Shown: positions 31,185 through 40,663 of the stretch, piece after piece
Numbering within the stretch: the stretch's first letter is position 1
Layout: each line of letters opens with the position of its first letter
Assembly (NCBI RefSeq): GCF_040409695.1
Contig: NZ_JARWGJ010000200.1
Location: 1 to 62,650 of the forward strand
DNA: 62,650 nucleotides
Reading direction: 5' to 3'
Origin: Longimonas sp.
GTDB lineage: Bacteria > Bacteroidota > Rhodothermia > Rhodothermales > Salinibacteraceae
Position numbers and translations under genes: made by a program
Notes under the pieces: generated by a model
Databases searched by the model: none
What the model was told of the DNA's origin: nothing
The model's input: the letters and a program-made list of their open reading frames with translations, nothing else

Positions 31185-31658
31185 TTACAGTTCGCGAATA
31201 ACTTTCAGCATATCGGTTGAAGTGATAACGCCTTCGACCTGGCCGTCGCGGGTCACAAACAGTCGGCGGATGCTGCTACGGAGCATCACATCGGCAACCT
31301 GCTGAATCGACGTGTGTGGGTTCACGTCGTAGATCTCGGGCGTCATCACGTCGCGCACGGTTGCCGTGGTCGTTTCCGTGATACGAAGCGCTTCCACCTC
31401 TTCCTGTGCGTAGTCGGCCGCGAGTTCATCATGATACGCCGTATGCACATGCGTGCTGGTGCCGTTGCCACCACCGCCAAGGTGCTGCGTCAGATCCGTC
31501 ACAGAAACGACGCCGATCAGAGCACCTGCTTCGTCTACAACCGGTGCCCCCGTTACGTTATACTCAATAAAGAAGTCGGACAGCTCCTGCAGAGAGCGGT
31601 CGGCTTCTACGGTATGCACGGTACGCGTCATAATGTCTTTGGCCTGAGTGTACTTCAT
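31185..31658 (-). CDS. CBS-domain pair protein
   Basis: AKDIMT..GAPVVD..GVVSVTDL; VRDVMT..RRLFV..GVITSTDM. Confidence 0.9.
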   Translation of the reverse strand: MKYTQAKDIMTRTVHTVEADRSLQELSDFFIEYNVTGAPVVDEAGALIGVVSVTDLTQHLGGGGNGTSTHVHTAYHDELAADYAQEEVEALRITETTTATVRDVMTPEIYDVNPHTSIQQVADVMLRSSIRRLFVTRDGQVEGVITSTDMLKVIREL

Positions 31659-31949
31659 GGCTGTGTCCGGTAGGTTCGTTGAAGTAAAGTGTAGTGTGCA
31701 AGCGATTGTAGGTCGATTGTAGGTACCAAGCGCTACAAAAGTATTCGCCGAAAGACGAATCTGCTATCGGGCTTTTCACTGCATAGCATGTGGGGACAAC
31801 ACGTAAGTGTTCCAGAATCGCGATCCAGAGACGCCGGGCTGCATGCCGGTTGAGCGGCAGCCAAACGTCGCTGTAACATACATCAGGCCGGGTGCGTCTT
31901 CGGGATGTAGAATCACCAGATGCACGATCGCTCTCACTCAATCCCACAC

Positions 31950-32807
31950 ATGGCCATGAACGTGTTATCATTGATCACTCCAAGTAGACAGGCGCTATCG
32001 TCGGTGCTGTCGGCGCTCACTATTCTGTGTGTAACTGTTGTGCTTACCGGGGTTGGTAGTTGCGAAGCCGGGCAGTCCACAAGCACGGTTACGGTCTCCG
32101 ACTCTGCAGAGGTAACAACGGCGATAGAGGGCGGAAACGCGGCCATTGCGATTGGCAGCGACGCAACGGTCACGGAGCCCATTAGGGGACGCAATGGCTC
32201 GATTACGATTGGAGAGCGGAGTGAGGTACGTGCTGTAGAGAATCGCAATGGATCGATCACACTCCGGCAGCAGGGTACGGCTACATCGGTTGAGAACCGA
32301 AACGGATCGATCACGCTTGACGGAGAGAACAGGGCAACCACGCTCATCAACCGAAACGGGTCGATCACGATTGGGTCCGGGAGCAGCGTAAGTGGTGCCG
32401 TAGAGGCGCGCAATGGGCGTGTTATCGTAGGCGAGGCGTCTACGGTTGAGGGATCGGTTCAAACCCGAAACGGCAGTATTCGCGCCGATGAAGGCAGCCG
32501 GATTGAAGGCAACGTGCAGACGCGCAATGGCCGTGTCGATCTGATTGCGGCAGCGGTGCGCGGGGACGTTGACTCGTATACCGGAGACATTACGCTCCGC
32601 GATGGGGCGACCGTCGCGGGCGATGTAGTGCTGCTCATGTGCTCAGACTGGTCGTCCTCCATGGGAGGGGGGCCCCCAGTATTGCGCATCGGGGCAGAGA
32701 GCCGTATAGACGGACGCGTTGTGGTGGACGAACGCGCCGAGATTGAGATCGCCAACGGGGCTGATCTGCCCGAAGTGGAGCGCATGCCGCATCGAGACGA
32801 CTGCTAA
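31950..32807 (+). CDS. Beta-solenoid repeat (DUF4097-like) exported protein or lipoprotein
   Basis: Seven RNG-x-I/V repeats at 15-17 aa period; hydrophobic N-terminus with VGSC. Confidence 0.75.
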   Translation: MAMNVLSLITPSRQALSSVLSALTILCVTVVLTGVGSCEAGQSTSTVTVSDSAEVTTAIEGGNAAIAIGSDATVTEPIRGRNGSITIGERSEVRAVENRNGSITLRQQGTATSVENRNGSITLDGENRATTLINRNGSITIGSGSSVSGAVEARNGRVIVGEASTVEGSVQTRNGSIRADEGSRIEGNVQTRNGRVDLIAAAVRGDVDSYTGDITLRDGATVAGDVVLLMCSDWSSSMGGGPPVLRIGAESRIDGRVVVDERAEIEIANGADLPEVERMPHRDDC

Positions 32808-32900
32808 AGCAGACAAGCCAGATGTATAACCAGACATGCAGCCGGCAGCACGGCTGTTGCTGTCACGTAGTTATTGACACATGCTCAGCAGGGTATGCGT

Positions 32901-33410
32901 TTAGGGAGCCGGGGCGCTTTGCGCTTCGGCTTCGTTGAGAGCACGCTCGGTGTATGCTTGAAGGGCGTCGATCTGGTCACGACTGAGCCACTGCCCTACC
33001 AGGGCCAGTGCATAGGTGAAGACCGCCAGAACAACGGCTGCAGGTATCGACCAGAGCCACATTGCATCCATGCCAAGGCTCCACTGCGTAAGCCCGACAA
33101 TGCCGCCGATAAACCCGGTAAAGCCGGCGATAGCATACATAGCCATGAACATCGTCCATACCGAAGGGCGCGGGCCATATACCCCACGTACCCGTGTGCC
33201 GCCGTTGTGGGACTGCAGGTCGAGGCTCAACTGAGGCGACCAGAACCACTCCTCCTCCGGCGGCACGCTGATGGTCACGTGCTTGTCGTAGAAAGAGCCT
33301 GAATACCCGTCGTTGGTCGACTCCACATACGCTTGAATCATATCTTCAGCCTCATTGGGCGAGCAAGCAAGGTGCCGCTCGAACATAGGCCGCATCCGAA
33401 GGCTCTTCAT
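32901..33410 (-). CDS. Hypothetical membrane protein
   Basis: FWSPQLSL..GVYGPRPSVWTMF followed by two TM segments. Confidence 0.75.
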   Translation of the reverse strand: MKSLRMRPMFERHLACSPNEAEDMIQAYVESTNDGYSGSFYDKHVTISVPPEEEWFWSPQLSLDLQSHNGGTRVRGVYGPRPSVWTMFMAMYAIAGFTGFIGGIVGLTQWSLGMDAMWLWSIPAAVVLAVFTYALALVGQWLSRDQIDALQAYTERALNEAEAQSAPAP

Positions 33411-33522
33411 CCGTTGAGATCTGTTTTTACATATACAATGAACATGGGATGAAGGTGTAGGCGGGGCAGACCTAAAAAGATCCACAGCGCCAACGCTGCT
33501 GATGCCACTGTGGGCCGATTGA

Positions 33523-34341
33523 TTACAGACGTGGCGTTGTCGAACGCCCAGATTGGCGGGCTGTGCGGAGGGCAAGCGCGGGATAATCGGTGATCAGTGC
33601 ATCCACGCCGCGAGCAAGCAGGGTAGCCATCTCGGCAGGGTCGTTTACCGTCCACACCTGCACATGCATCTGCTGCGCATGCGCAGCGCGCACGAAGGAC
33701 GCAGAGGCCACGGGCAGCCCGCCGTAGCGATGGGGCACCTGAAAGACTCCGCCAGGAGGCGTGTAGCGTGTATGCAGCCCAACCAGGTGGCGGGCGTAGA
33801 AGGCCGCGGTCTCGGTCATCGCCATGTTTGTGGGGATGCCGGGACGTAGCGTTCGGAAGCGACGGAGTGTTTGGGCATCGAAGCTGGCTACAACGAGCCG
33901 GTCGGTGCGTCCGGTTTCGGCAATGAGATCGCTCATAGCACCGGCAATATCCGGACCGACGCCGCCCTTCAGTTCTACGATAAGTGGCGTGTCGGGATAT
34001 CGCGTAATAACCTGGCGCAGCGTAGGAAGCCGGACGCCCGCGCCTCGATACGGATGGCGCCCGTACGCATCCGCCCACCAGAAGCCGGCATCAAGCGTAC
34101 GCAGCTCCTGTACCGACAGCTCAGAGACCGGTCCGGTACCGTTGGTCGTACGATCGACGGTCGGGTCGTGGATGACGATGAGCTCGCCATCGGCAGCGCA
34201 CTGCACGTCGATCTCAAGGGCGTGGGCCCCCTGATCGAGCGCCCAGTCGCATCCGGGCACCGTGTTTTCGGGCGCACCGCCACGCCCGCCCCGGTGGGCA
34301 ATTACCGTGCAGTCGCGGCAGGCAAAGAAGGGAAGATACAT
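33523..34341 (-). CDS. Glycerophosphodiester phosphodiesterase
   Basis: IAHRGG..APENT, EIDV, HDPTVDRTTNG, WTVND, ITDYP. Confidence 0.93.
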   Translation of the reverse strand: MYLPFFACRDCTVIAHRGGRGGAPENTVPGCDWALDQGAHALEIDVQCAADGELIVIHDPTVDRTTNGTGPVSELSVQELRTLDAGFWWADAYGRHPYRGAGVRLPTLRQVITRYPDTPLIVELKGGVGPDIAGAMSDLIAETGRTDRLVVASFDAQTLRRFRTLRPGIPTNMAMTETAAFYARHLVGLHTRYTPPGGVFQVPHRYGGLPVASASFVRAAHAQQMHVQVWTVNDPAEMATLLARGVDALITDYPALALRTARQSGRSTTPRL

Positions 34342-34353
34342 ACTGGGGGCGTG

Positions 34354-34452
34354 TTAGAACCTGTTTGGGGTTTGGTTTGCGGGCGGGAGCGAGCGCAGGG
34401 AGGACGTACTCCTGGGGTGCCCAAAGTAAGAAACCCAAACAGATGCTTCTTA
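34354..34452. mobile_element. Internally deleted MITE (family 1), opposite orientation
   Basis: TTA|GAACCTGTTTGGGGTTTGGTTTGC...CCCAAAGTAAGAAACCCAAACAG..TTC|TTA matches both ends of the reverse complement of 18728-18894. Confidence 0.75.
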
Positions 34453-34737
34453 AAGCGAGAGACCGATCAAGAAAACTACCAGGAAGATCGGAATACCGAT
34501 GATAATGCTAATGATGATATTTGCGACGAGGTGGTGCCCGAACGCAGCGAACGAGCGTTTCAGGAAGCTCTCGTCGATGAGCATCGTGTCGGGTACGCGG
34601 GCTCCCGTCTCCTTCTCTGTTTCGCGAAGGCGCATGCGCAAGGCACGTACTTCCACGCGAAGTTCGTGCAATTCATCGTTCTCTGGTTCGGAGGCATCTC
34701 CGGGATTGAAGTCGTCGTCGAAGCGTCGTTCAGGCAT
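34450..34737 (-). CDS. Small hypothetical protein (coiled coil plus C-terminal TM)
   Basis: ELHELRVEVRALRMRL; FLKRSFAAFGH followed by a hydrophobic tail. Confidence 0.65.
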   Translation of the reverse strand: MPERRFDDDFNPGDASEPENDELHELRVEVRALRMRLRETEKETGARVPDTMLIDESFLKRSFAAFGHHLVANIIISIIIGIPIFLVVFLIGLSL

Positions 34738-34890
34738 GGGAAGAAGGTTCGCGTGTGCGTGAGGGAGCGAGAAGCGGCATGTGGCATAGCAAGGCAGTAG
34801 CATGACACCTACAGCATACAAACGTTACGTCTAAACCGCGAACATGAATCTAAAGGCACAAGCAGCGCACACGCAAAGCGGCGCCTGAGG

Positions 34891-36261
34891 CTACGAAGCG
34901 ATAGGCTCGAAGTGCGCAGTGAAGTGGCGCAGGCGTTTGGGCTCATGCGTAATCGCATAGCCCGGTAGCGTGTCGGCGCGCTCTACGATGTCTTCAAAGC
35001 ACTCAATGACGTAGTCGACATGCGATTGCGTGTAGACGCGGCGGGGGATAGCCAGGCGCACCAGCTCCATGGAGGCGGGCTTCTCGGAGCCGTCGGGCTG
35101 GCGCCCAAACATCACCGACCCGATTTCGCACCCCCGAATGCCGCCGGTAAGGTAGAGCGCTACAGCGAGAGACTGACCCGGGTACTGAAGTGGGGGAAGG
35201 TGCGGGAGCAGTGCATCTGCATCCACGTAGACGGCGTGTCCACCGATTGGCTGCACGACCGGCACGCCCAGGTCGGTGAGCGCTTCGCCCAGATAGCGCG
35301 TTGAGGCCATCCGGTAAGCCAGGTAGTCCTCGCGCACGATCTCCTTCAGTCCCTGTGCAATCGCCTCCAGGTCGCGCCCGGCAAGCCCACCGTACGTCGG
35401 AAAGCCCTCCGTAAGAATCAACTGGTTGCGTGCTTCCTCAGCCCAGATGTCGTCGTTGAGTGCCAGCCATCCGCCGATATTGACGAGCGCATCCTTTTTC
35501 GCGCTCATGGTCATGCCATCGGTGTAGGCAAACATCTCACGCACAATGTCGGAGACGGACCAGTCGGCGTATCCGTCTTCGCGCATCTTGATAAAGTACG
35601 CGTTTTCGGCAAAGCGGCACGCATCCATAAAGAGCGGCGTGTCGTAAGCATCGCAGATGGCTTTCACCGCTTTGATGTTGGAAAGCGACACGGGCTGTCC
35701 GCCCCCCGAATTGTTGGTCACTGTAAGCATCACCAGAGGGATGCGCGAGGCGTCCTCATCCAGCAGAGCCCTTAGGCGATCTACGTCCATGTTGCCCTTG
35801 AACGGATGCAGGTTGGCCGGGTCGCGGCCCTCCGCGATGACAAGGTCAACAGCATCGGCGCCGGTCGCTTCGATGTTTGCGCGCGTCGTATCAAAATGCG
35901 TATTATTGGGGATGATGGCGTTTTCGTCTGCCACAATACCCATAAGGATTCGTTCGGCGGCCCGGCCCTGGTGGGTGGGGATGACGTGTTCGAAGGGCAT
36001 CAGGTCTTGTACGGCGCGCTCGAAGCGGTAGTATGACGAGGAGCCCGCGTAGCTCTCATCGCCCTGCATGAGCCCGCCCCACTGCGCTGCGCTCATGGCT
36101 GCGGTGCCCGAATCGGTGAGCAGATCGATGATGACATCGTCGCCGTCGAGATTGAACAGGTTATAGTGGGCATCCTGAATTAGAGCGGTGCGCTCCTCGC
36201 GCGTGGTGAGACGGATAGGCTCGACCGACTTGATGCGGAATGGCTCGATGATAGTGTCCAT
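34891..36261 (-). CDS. tnaA: Tryptophanase (beta-eliminating PLP lyase)
   Basis: EPFRIKSVE, DLLTDSGT, THQGRAAE, MSAKKD, RLAIPRRVYT, LRHFTA. Tyrosine phenol-lyase is not fully excluded. Confidence 0.85.
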   Translation of the reverse strand: MDTIIEPFRIKSVEPIRLTTREERTALIQDAHYNLFNLDGDDVIIDLLTDSGTAAMSAAQWGGLMQGDESYAGSSSYYRFERAVQDLMPFEHVIPTHQGRAAERILMGIVADENAIIPNNTHFDTTRANIEATGADAVDLVIAEGRDPANLHPFKGNMDVDRLRALLDEDASRIPLVMLTVTNNSGGGQPVSLSNIKAVKAICDAYDTPLFMDACRFAENAYFIKMREDGYADWSVSDIVREMFAYTDGMTMSAKKDALVNIGGWLALNDDIWAEEARNQLILTEGFPTYGGLAGRDLEAIAQGLKEIVREDYLAYRMASTRYLGEALTDLGVPVVQPIGGHAVYVDADALLPHLPPLQYPGQSLAVALYLTGGIRGCEIGSVMFGRQPDGSEKPASMELVRLAIPRRVYTQSHVDYVIECFEDIVERADTLPGYAITHEPKRLRHFTAHFEPIAS

Positions 36262-36329
36262 GACACGGCGCATAGCTTGATGGGAAACGACGGGCGCGTA
36301 GGCACTCCCTATAGAACGAAAACGGCACA

Positions 36330-36369
36330 CAAAACGCAAAACGACCGCCTCCTCGCAGGAGCGGTCGTT
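36330..36369 (-). terminator. Intrinsic terminator after the DUF4252 gene
   Basis: Minus strand: aacgaccgctcctgcgaggaggcggtcgtt followed by ttgcgtttt. Confidence 0.7.
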
Positions 36370-36415
36370 CTGGATGCGGTGCTGTACCCCCTATCAGTAA
36401 AAGGCGGAGGTCAGC

Positions 36416-37000
36416 TCATAAGTTATCGTCAGAAGGCGGCGCAACCTCGCCCATGTCGAGTCCGGAGCCGCCCATAATGGTGTCGAGCTCATCGGGCTGG
36501 ATGCTGCCCACGATGTTGATGAAGAGCAGACGCGCATCAGAAGGATCGCTCACCATAACGGTGAGCCCGGCCACAGCGTCTTCGTGGTGACGCATCAGCA
36601 TAGACACGCGCTGGTTGTCTTCGCGCACGAATACAACCTGCTCCCACCCTTCGCTTTTCAGGTCGTCTGTGAACCGGTCGAAGTAAGCCTCGTAGTCGGC
36701 GGGAGCCGCATCGGCGATGGGGAATCCGCGCACCTGAATGGATCGCAGGTTCTGCATGAGCCGTCCGGCATCGCTGTTTTTGCGCTCGGCACGGCTGCTC
36801 ACCATGTCGAGGAGGGCGCCCTGGATATTGACCTCAATGTTTGGGCGCATGTCGAGCGCTTCTGCAAACTGGTTCAGATCTACATAGCCGGGGTCATCGC
36901 TCACAGGAGGAGACTGGGCGTGCCCGTCATGAGGAGCCCAGAGCGCCGTGGCGCCAATCAGGATGGCCGCAAAGAGGGTCGCAAAACGGAGGGTGCGCAT
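36416..37000 (-). CDS. DUF4252 exported protein
   Basis: Signal peptide; PGYVD..EVNI..LRSIQV..GWEQVV..LFINIVGSI. Confidence 0.8.
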   Translation of the reverse strand: MRTLRFATLFAAILIGATALWAPHDGHAQSPPVSDDPGYVDLNQFAEALDMRPNIEVNIQGALLDMVSSRAERKNSDAGRLMQNLRSIQVRGFPIADAAPADYEAYFDRFTDDLKSEGWEQVVFVREDNQRVSMLMRHHEDAVAGLTVMVSDPSDARLLFINIVGSIQPDELDTIMGGSGLDMGEVAPPSDDNL

Positions 37001-37012
37001 GGGAAAGCAGGG

Positions 37013-37651
37013 TTAGGGGGTATCTGGCGAGGAAGAGGAGGCGTCACGAAGGGGCCGAAAGGCCCGTTCCATCTCGCGCTCGGCGCGGGTGCCTGCCTCC
37101 TGGGTTACATCCGAGATATAAGCCAGCACCCATTCGGCTTCGGCCTGGGCCTGAGCCACATCGGCGTCGGTGTAGGGGGCTTCGATGGGCGCGTCGGCAA
37201 CGGGCGTGTGCTCCGTGCCCGTGGTAAACGGCTCGGCCAGGAGCATCCAGGCTACCGCAGCAACGAGCAACGCACCAACCGCCGTAGTCGCCATACTGCT
37301 GTACGCCGGCTTCGAAAGCGCCTCAAATGCCCGGGCCACGCGGTCGAGCCAGGAGGCCGGGGCATCTTGCGGCGACTCCCGTGCTGCCCGCGCAGTACGG
37401 GCCGACGCAGCGCGTACGGTCTGATCCAGAATCGCTTCTGTGCAGGCAGGCGGACACGCAGGAAGTTCTGTCGCCTCTAATGTCTGATGGATGCGCTCGG
37501 CATGCCTGACCTGCGCGCGCCAGTGCGGCGACGCGTCGAGAGCAGCGGAGAACCGCATAGCCTCATCAGGCGGAAGCGCATCATCCACGTACGCCTCTAC
37601 GCGCTCGTCCATCCAGTCATCGGGCGGTAGCGAAGCATTAGGTCGGTTCAT
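37013..37651 (-). CDS. Anti-sigma factor (single TM)
   Basis: EAYVDDALPPDE N-terminal anti-sigma pattern; TM segment; overlaps the sigma stop codon. Confidence 0.75.
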   Translation of the reverse strand: MNRPNASLPPDDWMDERVEAYVDDALPPDEAMRFSAALDASPHWRAQVRHAERIHQTLEATELPACPPACTEAILDQTVRAASARTARAARESPQDAPASWLDRVARAFEALSKPAYSSMATTAVGALLVAAVAWMLLAEPFTTGTEHTPVADAPIEAPYTDADVAQAQAEAEWVLAYISDVTQEAGTRAEREMERAFRPLRDASSSSPDTP

Positions 37652-38153
37652 AATCGAGCACTTCGGCAAGTTCGTGACGGAGTTTCTTGCGGCCGCGGTG
37701 GATGTACACCTTCACCGTGTTGATGGGCATGTCCAGCGCGTCGCTGATCTCTTTGTACTTCATGTTTTGGATCTCTCGCATCGTAACCACGCTGCGGTAC
37801 GGCTCGTCGATCTCGGCGAGTGCGGCGTCTACGCGGGTCTCGAAGTCGGTCGCTTCGGCATCGGCATGCGGGTCGGCTTCGCCATCAGGGGCCCGGTGCA
37901 AGTTCTCTGAGTTGACCGTGACCGACTTGCGACGGGTCTGACGCTTGCGCAGCAGGTCGATGCACGCGTTGCGCGTCACCCGCATCAGCCAGGCGATGGC
38001 GCGGTCGTCGTCGACCTCGTCATAGTGGTTCCAGTACCGGATGAACACGTCCTGCGTAACATCTTTGGCCGCGGCGTCATCCTTAAGGTAAGAGCACGCA
38101 AAACCATAGATGCGATCCTGGTACTGGTTTACGTTTTCCGTAAAGGCGTCCAC
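37638..38153 (-). CDS. ECF RNA polymerase sigma factor
   Basis: AKDVTQDVFIR, WLMRVTRNACIDLLRK, YKEIS..TVKVYIHRGRKKL; GTG start. Confidence 0.92.
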   Translation of the reverse strand: MDAFTENVNQYQDRIYGFACSYLKDDAAAKDVTQDVFIRYWNHYDEVDDDRAIAWLMRVTRNACIDLLRKRQTRRKSVTVNSENLHRAPDGEADPHADAEATDFETRVDAALAEIDEPYRSVVTMREIQNMKYKEISDALDMPINTVKVYIHRGRKKLRHELAEVLDYEPT

Positions 38154-38414
38154 AAAACAGCTGGGTGAGTAATGAGGGCGGAAGCCGGCAGGGCGAGAGC
38201 ATCTCGTCGATTCACCCACACCACGCATAGCAGCAGCGCAATGTTACACAGAGGTGTAAACATGCGTTGAAAGAAGTAGCCGGGGGGCAGAAGACGACTC
38301 GGAAGGAGTCGGCAAACCGATCTGGTCGAGCGTGTACCGGTTCATGGGCCAATCATGCGCCAATCATAGGCCAACCCAGGTACCGGTCTCGTACGCTGCG
38401 TGCATACAGGGACG

Positions 38415-39014
38415 CTACGGAATAACCCAGCTTCCTTGCCAGGCGCCGTCGTTCCAGCGGAAGCGAGCCCGGTAATGGCCTTCGGGGTGCAGGTGCAGCC
38501 ACGTGATCTCCTCGATCACCGTGCGCACAGCAGCGAAGTAGCGGCGCCCGTCGCGCACGTCGTCTTCAGAAGGAGCGTCGGCTGCCTGCACGTTGGGGGC
38601 GAGGCCCGACGCGGGGTCATCAACCGGGGTGTTGGGAGCAGTGGGTTTCACATAGATCGCGCGCTGGCGAGGCGTTGCATCAGCCCATAGCGCGTCTGCC
38701 ACACCGTCGTCGGTATGCACAGTGGCAGTCCCCTTCAGCCGCAGCTGCTCCGACGTGTCGGCATTCCAATGATGCCAGGCGATGCGCTCGTTGCCGCGTA
38801 TCTCACCGACCTTCTGAGCGCGGCGGTCGGAGTGAAAAGCCAGCATGCGGTCGGCACGGCTTGCCGTACGCAGCACCACGGTGCGCAGGTTGGGGGCCTC
38901 AAGCGCAGTAGCCAGGGTGGGCGTGTAGAACGGGTGCGAGCGGTCGCGCGCTCCCGTCTCGACATAGGTCCAGATATGATCAAAGAGGGACTCAAGATCA
39001 GCAAAACGGTCCAT
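38415..39014 (-). CDS. Pyridoxamine 5'-phosphate oxidase-like FMN-binding protein
   Basis: HPFYTPTLAT..RTVVLR..FHSDRRAQK..QLRLKG..WVIP. Confidence 0.85.
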   Translation of the reverse strand: MDRFADLESLFDHIWTYVETGARDRSHPFYTPTLATALEAPNLRTVVLRTASRADRMLAFHSDRRAQKVGEIRGNERIAWHHWNADTSEQLRLKGTATVHTDDGVADALWADATPRQRAIYVKPTAPNTPVDDPASGLAPNVQAADAPSEDDVRDGRRYFAAVRTVIEEITWLHLHPEGHYRARFRWNDGAWQGSWVIP

Positions 39015-39112
39015 AGTAAAGAAAAAGAAGCAAAGAGAAAGACAGAAATAGAGCGTGTGTGGAAGCACCCAGACGAGGGGCGTACCGCAGCGAAAACCGA
39101 CCTGCTTTGGAC

Positions 39113-40087
39113 TTACCGCCCGGTACCTTCCATCCCGTCTTGCAGGGAGTACAGAATGCTCAGGTAGCTCTCATAGCGCGCCGGGTGAATTGCTCCCTCA
39201 TCTACGGCGTTCTTAACAGCACAGCCGGGCTCATGGTCGTGCGTACAGTCGTCAAACTTGCAGGCATCGAGGTACGGCACGAACTCCACAAAGAAGTGGC
39301 ACAGATCAGCGGGATGCATCTCCACAATGCCAAACTCGCGCACCCCCGGCGTATCCACGATATGTCCGCCATCGGGCAGCGGGTGAAGCGCAGCAAATGT
39401 CGTGGTGTGGCGCCCCTTCTGCGTCTGCTCGCTAATCGACTTCGTCTCAATGTCCAGATCCGGAGCAATCGCGTTGATCAGGCTCGACTTGCCAGCGCCC
39501 GAAGGACCCGTTACAACGTTCACCTGGTCGCGAAGCGCCGCGTGCCAGTCCGAAATGCCAGCCTGCGCAGTTGCGCTGGTGCAGTAGACCGGATAGTCGA
39601 GCGCTTCATAGCGGGCCACCACGTCGGCGACCTCCGCCTGCTGCTCATCATCCATCAGGTCCATCTTGTTAATAACGAGGCCCGCCGGGATGTCGTGCAC
39701 GCCCGCCATCACCAGAAAGCGATCCACAAACGCCGGGTTCAGGGGCGGCTGCTGCACGGCCTGCACCGCCCAGGCCCGATCGATGTTCGACACGATGATG
39801 TGCTCCTGGTTCACGCGCCGCCCCGCTGCCCGTCGGCTCAAGCGGTTCTGCCGCTCATGAATGTCGATGATCATCCCCGTTTCGTCATCCTCGTTGTAGC
39901 GGATCGTGACCCGGTCGCCCACCGCCACCGGGTTGGTCACGTCGGTCTCATCAAGCCGAAATTTGCCGCGAATGCGCGAGTCAACAACACGGGGCATGTC
40001 AGGATCATCTACCGGGTCGACCTGCACCTCGTACCAGCTGCCGGTAGAGCGCAACACGCGCCCCTCGTACGTGGGGGAACTACTCAT
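39113..40087 (-). CDS. rsgA: Ribosome small subunit-dependent GTPase A
   Basis: NKMD, GPSGAGKSS, GRHTTT, DTPG, CKFDDCTHDHEPGC. Confidence 0.96.
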   Translation of the reverse strand: MSSSPTYEGRVLRSTGSWYEVQVDPVDDPDMPRVVDSRIRGKFRLDETDVTNPVAVGDRVTIRYNEDDETGMIIDIHERQNRLSRRAAGRRVNQEHIIVSNIDRAWAVQAVQQPPLNPAFVDRFLVMAGVHDIPAGLVINKMDLMDDEQQAEVADVVARYEALDYPVYCTSATAQAGISDWHAALRDQVNVVTGPSGAGKSSLINAIAPDLDIETKSISEQTQKGRHTTTFAALHPLPDGGHIVDTPGVREFGIVEMHPADLCHFFVEFVPYLDACKFDDCTHDHEPGCAVKNAVDEGAIHPARYESYLSILYSLQDGMEGTGR

Positions 40088-40339
40088 AGAAACGGGGCCC
40101 TGCAAGAAAGAAAGCGATTTCAGACATGTTCAAAGCTCCGCCCGCCGTGCAGATCCGCGAGTCCCGACAACGTATCAACACGCACCAAACACGACTATCA
40201 CGACACAAGAAATAAACACAGGGGGATGCGGGGCGCCTGCGCGGCGACTGCCAGCCGGCACCTATGCCCGTAGCGTCTGTATATCACACAAATGTAGTCT
40301 TCATCCCTCCACTCCTACCAGCCCCCGAGAGCGGTACGC

Positions 40340-40663
40340 ATGTCAGCAGACTCTACTTCCTCTTCGCATCGCGAATCTACACCTTCTGATGCCCCTGAGC
40401 GCCGCCACGAGCAGTTGAACTGGCTCGGACAAGCTGTCTACGCGGGCGGTATGCTGCACCGGCTGTCGCGCCGCGCCACCGAGGCCGTGCAGCGCCGCGC
40501 CTCTGCCATTGCCAGTCGCTCCACGAAAGCGTTCTATGAGGGGCTCGACCCCAACGTTGACGACGCCATCATCCTCGACGAGGCCGACGACACGTCAGGT
40601 ACACGAGGCACACGAGACGCACGGCCCGACATGTCCACCGGCGAATCTCATACTCAACGATAG
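40340..40663 (+). CDS. Hypothetical protein
   Basis: Fills the gap between rsgA and ansA; WLGQAVY..AFYEGLDPNVDDAIILDE. Confidence 0.6.
   Translation: MSADSTSSSHRESTPSDAPERRHEQLNWLGQAVYAGGMLHRLSRRATEAVQRRASAIASRSTKAFYEGLDPNVDDAIILDEADDTSGTRGTRDARPDMSTGESHTQR

Noticed and set aside
36262-36415. TnaC-like leader peptide upstream of tnaA
   Set aside because: No short Trp-containing leader ORF found; only the upstream gene's terminator is present.
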